Of a stretch of 64,000 bases of DNA, positions 53,570 through 64,000 are shown in pieces (position 1 is the first letter of the stretch; every line of letters starts with the position of its first letter). The stretch comes from Camelus ferus (taxonomy: Eukaryota): NCBI RefSeq assembly GCF_009834535.1, contig NC_045697.1:68016001-68080000 (forward strand), in the 5' to 3' direction. The notes below the pieces were generated by a model that made no database searches, was not told the origin of the DNA, and was given only the letters and a program-made list of their open reading frames with translations. A program made the position numbers and the translations under genes.

Positions 53570-53733
53570 AATGCCTTTTCAGCTTTGTCAAAATACTTGT
53601 ACAAATATGTGTCAGTCTACTTATGGATTCTCTACTCCATTTATTTATCTGCCTATTTTTTAGTTTATACTATAGTGTTTTGATTTTTGCAGCTTTATAA
53701 TAAAACTTAAAATTATCTTGTGAAATAAGTCCA
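53570..53733 (-). mobile_element. L1 ORF2 fragment, antisense
   Basis: Minus-strand translation GLISQDNFKFYYKAAKIKTL resembles L1 ORF2p GLTLPDFKLYYKATVIKTV. Confidence 0.7.
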
Positions 53734-53736
53734 GTT

Positions 53737-54056
53737 AAAATACTAAAGCCAAACTCACAGAAACAGAGAGTATAATGGTGGTTACCAGGGGATGAGAGGG
53801 TAGGGTAAATCAAAATACACTGGTCAAAGAGTACAAACTTCCAGTTATGAGACAAGTAAGTTCTGGGGATCTAATGTTCAGCATAGTGATTATAGTTAAT
53901 AAAACTGCATTATACACTTTAAAGTTGCTAAGAGAGTTAAACTTATATAATGTAATGGTGGTGTTAGTTAATGCTATGATGGTAATCATTTTGCAGTATA
54001 TAAGTGCATCAAATCAACATGTTGTATGCCTTAAACTTTAACAAAAAGAAAGAAAA
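53737..54056 (+). mobile_element. L1 3'UTR (L1MA9-like)
   Basis: aaactcacagaaacagagagtataatggtggttaccagggg...agagtacaaacttccagttat...gttctggggatctaatg...atcaaatcaacatgttgtatgccttaaactt plus A-rich tail. Confidence 0.85.
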
Positions 54057-54199
54057 CACTAGTGTAATTCTTAGTTCTAAGGATTTCCAACACTTAAAAA
54101 AAATACAGAAATCCCTCTGTTTTTCCTTCACTGCAAATTAAATTAAATTAATTAATTAATAATGAATTAGTAGTAATACTATAAAACTTTTCATGCCTG

Positions 54200-54352
54200 A
54201 GTATATTTAAATCTTAGCTTCAGAATAACTCATCCATTTCAAATGAGGAATCTTAACATTAATAGATTAACTTTAGCACACAGTTAATAAATGGCAGAGT
54301 CTGAAATCAAATTCTGGCAGTTTAAGCCAGAGCTGAGTTCTTAGCTACCTTA
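54200..54352 (-). mobile_element. MIR SINE fragment
   Basis: catccatttcaaatgaggaa...cacacagttaataaatggcagagtctgaaatcaaattctggcag...ccagagctgagttcttagctac. Confidence 0.7.
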
Positions 54353-54831
54353 CTTCTACTAGTAATAAAGCAGTTGAAAACAATGCTGAATTGTACAAAG
54401 AAAATAATAAATTATTTTAACTTCAGTCAGCAAAAATAATTGCTATTATTTTGGTGTGCATTTTTTCCAGACTTTTTAAAATTTAAATACCAATAGTATG
54501 ATGCCAAAAATGAATACATTCTTGAATGTGATAACAAATATTGATCATTCAGTCCAGCAATCTGAATACAATATTATATCCCAGACTTATTTAACTCAAG
54601 AGTGTGAAGAAAATAAAGGGATTTTTTGAAATAACAGAATCTATATTCAATAATGAGAATAACATAGTAAGCTGTGTTTATATTTATGTACAATGAACAA
54701 TAAAGGATATGAAAGATAAAAGGATATTCTTTTTCAGGTTTTTTTCTTACTAAGGCAATTGAAATGACCCTTAACCAGCAACATTTGCTAAAGGATATCT
54801 CCTTGTTTTGTGATTTTGTTAAATTAACATT

Positions 54832-55339
54832 TGTTAAGCAAACTCCCTATCCCGAGGTATCTATGGGATACTGAGCTAGGTTCAACAAAAGACCACAAAG
54901 GAATTGAAATAGAAGAGTTTATTATTCACAGCAAGCCTTGAAGGGCCACATGAGGAGGCCAAGGCAAGGTGCAGGCAGAGGAAAACGTAGGACCTGGGGC
55001 ACATGCCTTTATCAGGATCTGTGAGTGAAATGCTCTGGGGCTCACAGGATAAGGCCAGATTGATCTATTCAAATTAGAAAGAGTGGGGTTTTGATAAGTT
55101 CCCCTGGGGTCTTATCTAAGCAGTGCAGAGAGTAAAGGCCCTGGGAGGCAGGAGAGACTGTTGATCACAAGAGCCCTTGGATAAACCAGGAACCTACCTT
55201 TACTTGTGACTCTGTGGGCTGTTGTCTAGGGCATGTGTTTGTTTCAGGGGCTAGTGTCAGTTCACAGGCTGCTTGGCCAAACAAAATAGATGCCATTAAG
55301 GCAGCAATGCCATGAAGCAGCTTAGCTAAACTCTGGACA
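54832..55339 (-). mobile_element. ERVL-type solo LTR (MER54/MER74/LTR53-like)
   Basis: TG...CA ends; TTTATT (minus-strand polyA signal) at ~54918; GC-rich body; ends aaaatagatgcc...aggcagcaatgccatgaagcagcttagctaaactctggaca. Confidence 0.7.
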
Positions 55340-55884
55340 CCTTACTACTGAATCCTTGGTCTTCTCATTTTCATTCCAGGGAAAACGAGACCACACTTCC
55401 ATATTGTTTCTCTGAGCTAGACGGGTGTATCTGAACTCTTTCCATTGTGATCACCGTTTTCCTGCTCTGAACATCTCTGCTCTATCATATCTACAGAGGT
55501 GCTAATTAAGCAGTCGGAAAAATTCCCTCTGCTTAGACTCAACTAAACATGGGTTCCGTATTTACTGGGGTCAGGACACATCGCTGTTTAATCACCTTCC
55601 CTTTAGTGATATGCTTGCTTACAAAAACATAGGTTTCTGCTCTGGCCTTAGGAATAATTTCTCTTCTGCCTTTTTATTGAGCATGTGATATAATGTATAG
55701 GGTAATAATTTGTATAGGTAATTCTGCTCTTAATAATATGTCTTCTTATGAACTTACTATCCCCTCAGACACTGTTTCTTTTCTGAAGATAGCATTTCTC
55801 ACAGACGCAAGTGGGTACAGTGAGGAAAAGGTATGAGGTCATAAGCTAAGAGTAGTTAGCTCCATAAAATGAAGTTTGTAGTGG

Positions 55885-56010
55885 GGAAACAGGTGCAGCC
55901 TTCCCTTGCTCACCACTACTCCTAAGCACAGCTGAAGGATTAATTCATTCCCAGCTGACAAGGATAATTGATATAACCAGCTGTCAAATGAAAACAGTTT
56001 ATCATCTGTT
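55885..56010. promoter_or_regulatory. Candidate enhancer: E-box cluster with TALE and K50-homeodomain sites
   Basis: CAGGTG 55890, CAGCTG 55929/55952/55978, CAAATG 55985, CATCTG 56003; TGACA 55956 and TGTCA 55982; GGATTA 55937. Confidence 0.4.
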
Positions 56011-57174
56011 TTACTTAGCATTTTTATCTTATAGAAGTTTGAATTACATTTTAATAAAACATCTTTGAAATTTTAATGTTTTGTTCTCTAAAATCAAAGC
56101 AATTAAAATAATCAAAAAAGGATATCTAGTCTGTATACAAATAACTCCCCAGTACATTAAATATCCTGTGTTCTGAATTGTTCTGAATGATTAAGTGTGG
56201 GTACTTCAGTGATCTGTGTTTAAGATGAAATATGTGAAAGACAGATACGTTCTGATTAGAGGATGTGTTCAACAGACATTTAGCTTGCGTTAATCAGGAA
56301 ATAAAAGCCCTTAACATAACCTCATTTGGGATAACCATGTAGTTCTAAACTCCTGCCTTCACGTGTACAATTTGTGAACACAGAAAATATGTTGGCCAAA
56401 ATACAGTACAGTTTGTTTCCTATAAACGATATGAGTCTTACTAAAATCCTCTTAAATAAATATTTTAAAACATCAGTTACAATACATGTTAAGTATCTTA
56501 CAAACGGAAATGGGAAATAATATACTTGGAGGTAGAGCTTGAAAATCAGAATGAATCACTTGGGAAAACTTCCAACATAGCAACTTCTTATAAGAGCTTT
56601 ACTGTCATAATAGTCATGATGAGCTTAACTCCTCTGGGTGCATAAAAATCACAGAAGGACGGTATTGTAATTTTAGATGAATGAAAGTGTTGTGAAGGGG
56701 TGCGAATTGGCTCATGCACACATCTCCACAGCCCATAGAAGAGATCAGCCTGAAGCAAAATTCTTGAGATTACAATGCTCAGTTTATGAAGCTTAGATTT
56801 CATGTAGGAGGAAAATAAACCTACCAGAAAAATCTTTTGTTAACCTTCTGTTGTGACTTGGCTTCACACTAGCAAACAGTGAGATGCAGTCACTCACACA
56901 GCAAGCACTTACATTTGAATAGAAATTGAACATTCCCAAAGGGTGAGAATATGGCTATTTACACCTTCAAAATGGAATTGTAAGCCTGAGGCCAAAAACA
57001 TAGCTTTATAAGGAATAAATTTTACACAATGGTCCACCTCTGCCTCCTTCAAATTTCTTCCCAATCTTAGAGATACTATCATGTGCTTAGTACTTCTACA
57101 GGTCTAATTACTCCTCCAGCTTCTCTCAAAAGTTTTTCTTTTTCCTTTCTGCTTGATAAACTGGCTTTGTTATA

Positions 57175-57700
57175 TTTAACTGGTGGCTGGACATTTTCAT
57201 TTAGAAGTCCTAGGCTTATTAAGTAAGGTATGTCTAACTAAAATCACAATCTTTCCTTTCAAATTGTTCATCCCTCCAGGTTTCATTGTCAGTATCAAAG
57301 GTACCATCATTCTTTCTTTTTTTTCAAACCCTCAGAAATATGTCTGAATTTATTTTCCCCCACTCTAACTTATGGTATCTCATTAGCTCAGACTCCAGAG
57401 TAATTATTTTCACACTTGTAACCTCTTTATTAGCTCTCCCTTTATAATATTACTGCCACTTTTCCAGATCAATTTCTCATGCTTGGATAATTGTACTAGT
57501 CTTCTAATAGTTTCTAGCCTTTAGTAAAACCATCTCATCCTGCACATCACCATTAGATTGATTTCCTGCTGCAGTGTTCCCATCAGGCACTGACACTTCA
57601 TCAAAACAAACCTAAAAGGTTTCTAAATAACATTCAAAATAATGACTCAACGTCCTCCCTGATCAAACAAAAGTCTTTTTGTCTAATTCCTTTTCCTTGT
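57175..57700 (+). mobile_element. L2 fragment
   Basis: ctggacattttcatttagaagtcct...cagtatcaaaggtaccatcatt...tctcatgcttggataattgtactagtcttctaatag. Confidence 0.65.
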
Positions 57701-59179
57701 ATTTCCAGAAATATTTAGTCCTACTATGCACTACACCCTCACCCCCACCATTTGACCTTTGAAATCCAGCACTATTTTCAATATACATTCGTCATCAGTC
57801 ATCCAAATATTGATCCTCTAAATGCACTGTCTGCATCAAGGGTCAGCAAATGACATCCACAGACCAATTCCATCCCTCTAACATCTCTGGATTGCCTCCA
57901 AACTAATTTTTTCTTTTTTTTTTTTTCTTTACTTTTTTAAAAAGCTTGTCAAGCCCTGGTCTGTATCCCTTTGCCTTCACCTTAGTGTGAGTGAGTCAAT
58001 CAGAAAACAATAAAATTGTTACGGGAAAGATTCAGCTAAATTACCTTGTCTTTACTGTGAAGTCTGAAGGAGTGTAATATTGTAACCTCATTGAAGACAA
58101 AGTCTAATTATCTCAGGAATTAAGAAAGTCTGGGCAATATATAAGTGACTAAAGAGTGGGAGAGTTTTTCCAACTTGAATAAAACTAGATACTGAGAATA
58201 TATTTGACAGCTCCACAAAATTCTGTTTGAGAAATTCTTACTCAAGAACCTAAAATCTTACTTTGTGAATATTACTTTCCAAATTCGTATTTCGAAGTTC
58301 AATACTAGTTGGAAATTAGTATGTGAATATGAGTGTCTATGTTCTCTATCATATTTCATTATGTTATTATTTTATAATCTAAAAATAATAAAAATTTCTG
58401 GATCATTTGTGTAAACTTCTTGTGACTTAGTATTGCCATGTGGTTTCATCACTTTTATTCAGACTCTGGTTTATAGTGAGCAAAGCTTGGTCTAAATGGC
58501 GGTGTTAGATTCTAAATATTTTCCAAGCATGCCCTACTAGAAACTGAGCATGCCAGCATTAGGGAATAAACATTGCCAGGATTAGTGTGGCAAGCTTCAC
58601 TCTTTAAGTTTGATTTTCAGATGAGCATCTGAATTTTATAATCATAGCATAAGACTTCAGATTCTTAAATGAATGGAAATTCCCACTTAAAGTTAATACA
58701 CACAGAGTTCATAGCTGCCATGAATGTCTTGGGATGGAGATGGACAGACAACTTGCTAGAAAACAGAGAGATCTCATTATGTTATTCTTGGATTACAAAC
58801 ACACTCCTGTTTCCCAAGTGTAAAATGTAATATCCAGTGTGACCTATAATCACCACTGAATCTTTACCCTATGTCCAAATCCAGATATATTCTATGTCCA
58901 AATCTAAAGGGAAGCAAAAATGAAAAACATCTAAGGGCAGTTTAGGATTCAAAGGACAGAATTTTCACTAGCCAATGGGATAAAAAAAGAAGGAAAGAAA
59001 TGATTCTGTGAAAGAAAGTAAAAACCATAAATAGTATCTTGATACTGCTGCTGAGGACAGTATATAGTTTCATATGGTTATGTAAACTTACTAGCCAGAG
59101 TCTAATAGATACATATTCATACTAGTAAACCCTAAAAGAGGAGGCAGAGTGTGTTCTTGTTCTTTAAAAAATTACTTAT

Positions 59180-59318
59180 CAACCAGCAGCATACACTGTA
59201 ACTGGGAATTAATTAAAAATGTAGGATCACAGATCCCATTCCAAAATTGCTGAATGAGAATTTCATTTTAATAAGTTCCCCATGTGATTTTATACATATT
59301 AACATTTGAGAAGCAGTT
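59180..59318 (+). mobile_element. MER5A/MER5A1-type hAT-Charlie transposon
   Basis: accagcagcat...ctgggaattaattaaaaatgtagga...gctgaatgagaatttcattttaataagttccccatgtgatt...tttgagaagcagt. Confidence 0.8.
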
Positions 59319-60507
59319 CTCGAAAACATGAAAATCCTAAATATCTGTCTGGTCCCTCTTTTATTGAAGATTGTTTATAAAGAAAACCAAAATGTCCTCT
59401 TCCCTTCCCCACCCCATGATAGCTATTGAAAGCAATAACCAGAAAGAACAATATATCATTTAAAGGGATAGAGTCAAGTAAGAACAAATGAGAACCTTCC
59501 AGGAAAATTATATTCCATCAACAGTCATCATATTGCTGTGTTGTTTTATCTAAACATTACATATTACATTGGTTAACTCTCTCAATTAGAATAAGGGGAT
59601 TATTCTGGGACAGACAGTGTAATTATAGTCAATCCATACAGACAGTGCTAATCAATACCAATTACGTCCTTTCTTCACATACAGAAAAAAACTACACAAC
59701 AAGAGTCACCTTTTTATCAGTAATATTGGCTAGTATCAATTGTTAACATTATTTAAACATTGGTTATTTAAATATTTTTGACCTGCTCAATTTTCCAGTA
59801 AGTTTAAGTATATATATTCCTATGCAATTAATCTACCCAGTTGGCAAAGTAAGGGTCATTCTTTAATGCAGTTTCACATTTTGGGGGCAATTTTTAAGAT
59901 ACCAACTAATTTTTATTTTGATGACTTTTCTAATAATTTGTTTTATCCATTAACAAAAGCTATTCCATACAGAAGCACAGATTTAGTTAAGGACATTGAG
60001 AATTAGTTCAATCATGGTGGTATTCAAATAAAATTAAGAGAAAACAGTACCAAGGGATTCCAGAAATTATGCCAAAATGAGTATCATTCTTTTTAAAATG
60101 GATTTAAGTAGTATGAATACAAAACACAAAATGTGGTAGGATTATATATGTAGTAATGTAAATGGTTTTTAAGAAATACACTGGAATTTATAAATCCAAA
60201 CATTCATTTCAAAAGCGTCAACTTGGATGTCTATACAATTAAGACTTTAACATAATTCAAAACTATATAGGATCCCTCTTTTAGAGTCATTTTAACAATA
60301 TATTATGTATTATCATTTAAAAATCACAATTGGTGTACTAATGTTCATCATTTTTAAATGGATTTGATTGTTGAAGATAGAATCTTTGATATACTAGTTA
60401 AGATAGCAATTTAGGATTCAGTTTCCTATGGAGCATATTTGTAGCTAAACAAATTAATATGTTGGGCAACAACTTGAATAAAATAAATTATTTAAAGAAA
60501 TAAAGGT

Positions 60508-60610
60508 GGGGGGGAGGGTATAGTTCAGTGTTAAAGCACATACTTAGTGTGCACAAGGTCCTGGGTTCAATTCCTTAGTACCTCCATTAAAAAAACTAAT
60601 ATAAAACAAA
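60508..60610 (+). mobile_element. Camelid tRNA-derived SINE (Vic-1-like)
   Basis: ggggggagggtatagttcagtgttaaagcacatacttagtgtgcacaaggtcctgggttcaattccttagtacctcca plus A-rich tail; A box ~60521-60531, B box ~60564-60574; AAATAAAG on both flanks. Confidence 0.85.
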
Positions 60611-62475
60611 AATAAAGTAATAAAGATAATACTTCATAGGTCTTATAATCTCTCTATTAGTTTAGTGAAGGAAGCATTATTGTATTAAGAAGTTCAGATA
60701 AATTGACCCACAAATATATGGGTGATGGATATAAGATTTTTTTCTTCTATTTCCTTTTTCCTTCCACTTAATACCTAACCATAAGGAAAACATAATTACA
60801 TAGGAATATAAATTGAAGGCAATAATCCTTAAAATACATAGAAGTCCATTTTTTAAAATTTGTACAGATTTTTATTAATTTAACGGAAGAGCTGTATCAA
60901 GTTATTAAGGAAAGGGTAAGAATATGTGAATCTTTCTGGTAAATTAACTTGTTTTTCTGTTGTTATATATTTGCTTTTATTTAGGGGAGAATAGAATTCT
61001 CTAATAGAACAGTCAACAAAATGTGGAGTTAAGTCCTCAGGGAATTAAGCCATGTTTCTTTGCTGAAATTAGGTACAGATTCTAGATCAGAACAAGAATG
61101 AGGATGCATTTGACACTATATACACCACTTCACATACCCCATTCCAAGAAATACAAAGTAAATAGGACACTTTCTCATATATTTGTGGTATTTTTCCTTA
61201 AAAAACAGCTAATAAATCTATCAATAGAGCAAATCTTCAATGTTTTTGTATTAATACACTACAAAGCACAAAGAAACAGTGTGATGAGACAATTGTTCCA
61301 GAAAAACATAATTAACTCTTACTGTGTTGAGACTGGGCCACGTATTTTGGATACAGAATCAAGTATTTCCCGTACTCTATTTTCTTTTTTGGATAAGGAA
61401 CAAAATAAGAATTATAATACATGCTATAAATATCAACAAAGGAATGTCTAACTCTGCATGCTAAATGCAATTTCCCACAAGACATCATATTTGAATTAGA
61501 AAAAGGAAATGTCTTCACTGTTTTATGTATGTCCTTCCAGACCAAGCAACAACAGACGTATGGATGTGTATATACTCACAAGTTTGCCTGACTGTAAAGG
61601 AATAAAATATTTATCATTGGCCTTGGCTAAAAATTCTAAACAGATAGCTTCCCCAAGCTTCCCCTATCCCTAATGGACAAAGTGAAGCTAGTTTTTCTGA
61701 CTGAAGCTTTTCTAAAAACATTTTAGAGGAAGCTAATCACTCTGACATACTTCTCTACATCTTTTAAATTCATTCCAACTATATATGTTAAACTGTCAAT
61801 TTATAAAAGAAATGTAGTGCCTGACTGATGCTGATTCTTGTTTCTAAAACAGGTATATGCTTGATGAATGTGACATAATGAATGCTATATTTCTATTTGT
61901 AAAAATAAGACAAGGCATGAGAAATAATTTATATCAAATAATTTTTCTCAAATAATTGATTTTATTCAACTCAATGTCAGAATCCAAATAAATTACACAG
62001 CAGGTTGTTTTTTAAGTTGCTTACCCAGCTACAATCTTTCTTTTGCCTCATTTGTAGTTTGTGTAATCTCACCTCTGCAGTTCACTTTTTAAAATTGAAA
62101 GAACACATTGCAGGGAGGGAATACAAAAATACTGAAGTGTATTTGAAATTAATAACCATTTCATGTCAGAGAGACTATGGAGATTTTATTATGTGCTAGA
62201 ATCTCTTATTTAACAAGAGCTACTGTGAATGTTATTTATCATTCTCAATGCTTATAAAATTATGAGGCAAATATGGCACGTTTCAAGAAAACAGTCATAT
62301 ATTTTACATCAAGTGTAAAAAGCACAGGTGTGTGCCCGCAAATAAACACACACTCCTCAATTGAAATACTCACCCACCCCAACTTTAAAGGACTAAATTG
62401 ACAAATTAAACTCATTTTCTTCCTGTACTCCTTACACATACTGTTTCTGATTTTCTCACTAGTACATAAAAATAG

Positions 62476-63061
62476 TGTGTTAAATACCTATTGCTGCATA
62501 ACAAATTATCCCTAAACTCAGCAACTTAAAACAACACGTACTTACTATCTCACAGTTCCTGTGCATCAGCTTGGCCCTCTAAGGATCTCCAAGGGAACCA
62601 TCTGAATGGTACTCCCATTTAGAGTCTCTTACAATGAGGCAATAAACATATTGGCTACAGTTACCTTAAGATTCATCTGAGGAAGCATCCACTCTGAAAC
62701 TCACTTACCTGTTGTTGGCAGGATCCAGTTTGTCATAAATTAGTGGACTGAGGACATCAGTTCCTTACTGATTGTCGGCTGAAGGTCTCGATCAATTCTT
62801 TGCCATTAGAGTCTCTCCATAAGGTAGTTTATGTATGGCAGGTGGTTTCCATCTGAGTAAGTAAGTGAGAAGGTGAACAAGACAGAAATCACAGTCCTTT
62901 TGTAATCTAATCTCAAAAGCTGACATCTGGATTTCTTCTGCCCTATTCTATTCATTGGTAGTGGGTCACTAGATTCAGCTTACACTGGAGTGGAAGTGGT
63001 CACATGGTGTAAATACTAGGAAGTGAGGTTTTAGGACATCTTAGAGGCTGCCTCCTACTCA
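62476..63061 (-). mobile_element. MLT1 (ERVL-MaLR) solo LTR, MLT1F-like
   Basis: tgtgttaaatacctattgctgcataacaaattatccctaaactcagcaacttaaaacaaca...gttgttggcaggatccagtt...ttctattcatt...catcttagaggctgcct. Confidence 0.85.
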
Positions 63062-63963
63062 GTGCACAGAATGTAGTTAGCACGTAAGAAGCATTCCCCA
63101 AATAACTAAGTGAATTTTTCTTATTATAAAAAAGTCTCAGAAAAAAAAAGGAGTTCAAATAATACCAAAATGAAATATGTTTTCATACTGAGGAGTAACT
63201 CCCTACTTCTAAAACCAACCACACTGGTTCCAAGTAGCATAATCTTTGCTTTAATCACTTAATCTAGTGAAGAATTCAATATAATGTATATAAATATCAC
63301 TATTCAAAACCTGGTTTAGCCTGCTGACTTGTCAAGAAGACAGTAAGCTATTGACCAAGAAATCCACTTTCCATAGGTAACCATAAATATTTTGGTTTAA
63401 TATTACCATCACATTTTTATGTGAAGATATTGTTGGCAGTCACTTTAATGCAGTGCTTCCTGAGCTAGTGTCTTGCTGGTATCAACAAACCTTGAAATAA
63501 ATAGAGATGTATATCCTCAGCATCAAAAGTTGGGTATGTGCATATACATATATATATATATTTGAACATTTTTATGCTAACTTTCAAGTATAGACATCCT
63601 ATAAGCAGAAGTTTGTAACTGAAAGATTATATTTATAGGAAATAATGCTTTTATTATTGTTTTCTACTTTAACAGAACTTCCCTCAGCAATTTTTAAAAT
63701 GTTGCTATCAGTTTCATCATGTGCTTTTCTCTGTAAGACTTAAGAATATATGTAAAATCACTTATCCTTGAAGAAGAGAAACTATTAGAGTCAATTTTTG
63801 CACGTTTAACTAGAATATCTAGAAAACTAAGAGTCTAGACATTGAAATTACTTTTTGAACCCATTAGAAATTTAATGTGTCTATATTTGCTGTAAAGTAC
63901 TTAGTAACAACACGGCTAACTTTAAAGGAAAGAAATGTAAATATCAACTGAAGAAGGAGATTA

Positions 63964-64000
63964 GACACAACATTGTAAAATTATTATAAATCAATAAAAA
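63964..64000 (+). mobile_element. Extremely 5'-truncated young camelid-type L1 tail (runs off window)
   Basis: 63970-64000 is identical over 31 bp to 4808-4838 (acattgtaaaattattataaatcaataaaaa). Confidence 0.8.

Noticed and set aside
55878..55919. miRNA-like hairpin GTAGTGG...CCACTAC
   Set aside because: Only ~7 contiguous pairs and 42 nt in total; too short and mismatched for a pre-miRNA
58525..58555. p53 response element (AAGCATGCCC-11 bp-GAGCATGCCA)
   Set aside because: An 11-bp spacer is atypical of functional sites and there is no other support
60508..60586. tRNA gene
   Set aside because: A and B boxes are present, but it has a G-rich leader, an A-rich tail, TSD-like flanks and degraded stems, so it is a SINE rather than a functional tRNA
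1..64000. ORFs of 60-117 aa in the supplied track as protein-coding genes
   Set aside because: They are short, low-complexity or repeat-derived, many start at TTG/GTG, and none has recognisable domains or a consistent exon chain. Those with homology (5818-6003, 44168-44782, 13651-13851, 20719-20922, 53670-54041) are L1 remnants.
1..64000. CRISPR array, operon or other prokaryotic system
   Set aside because: The sequence is mammalian; there are no regularly spaced repeat-spacer units and no long ORFs

Overview
AT-rich (roughly one-third GC by eye), CpG-depleted mammalian genomic DNA, either intronic or gene desert. It is most likely from a camelid (Camelus/Vicugna/Lama), judged from a camelid-type tRNA-derived SINE at ~60.5 kb and camelid/artiodactyl-type L1 3' tails. 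I cannot support any protein-coding gene or RNA gene. The ORF track consists of chance ORFs plus decayed L1 ORF1/ORF2 pieces. The window is a layered record of transposons: old and young L1 (several nested), L2, L3/CR1, MIR, hAT elements (MER5, MER20, MER103-like, Tip100-like), a solo ERV1 LTR with an intact 4-bp TSD, an ERVL-type LTR and an MLT1 LTR. The most interesting non-repeat signals are (i) a candidate enhancer at ~33.0-33.5 kb with inverted GLIS/ZIC-type sites, a canonical NF-kB site and ETS/GATA/SOX/TCF motifs; (ii) a dense E-box/TALE cluster at ~55.9 kb; (iii) a possible 9-nt microexon at 10512-10520; and (iv) a tandem duplication that doubles an octamer motif. These are hypotheses, and I see no clear evidence of a novel system. 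Repeat subfamily names come from recalled consensus sequences, and boundaries are approximate unless TSDs are given.
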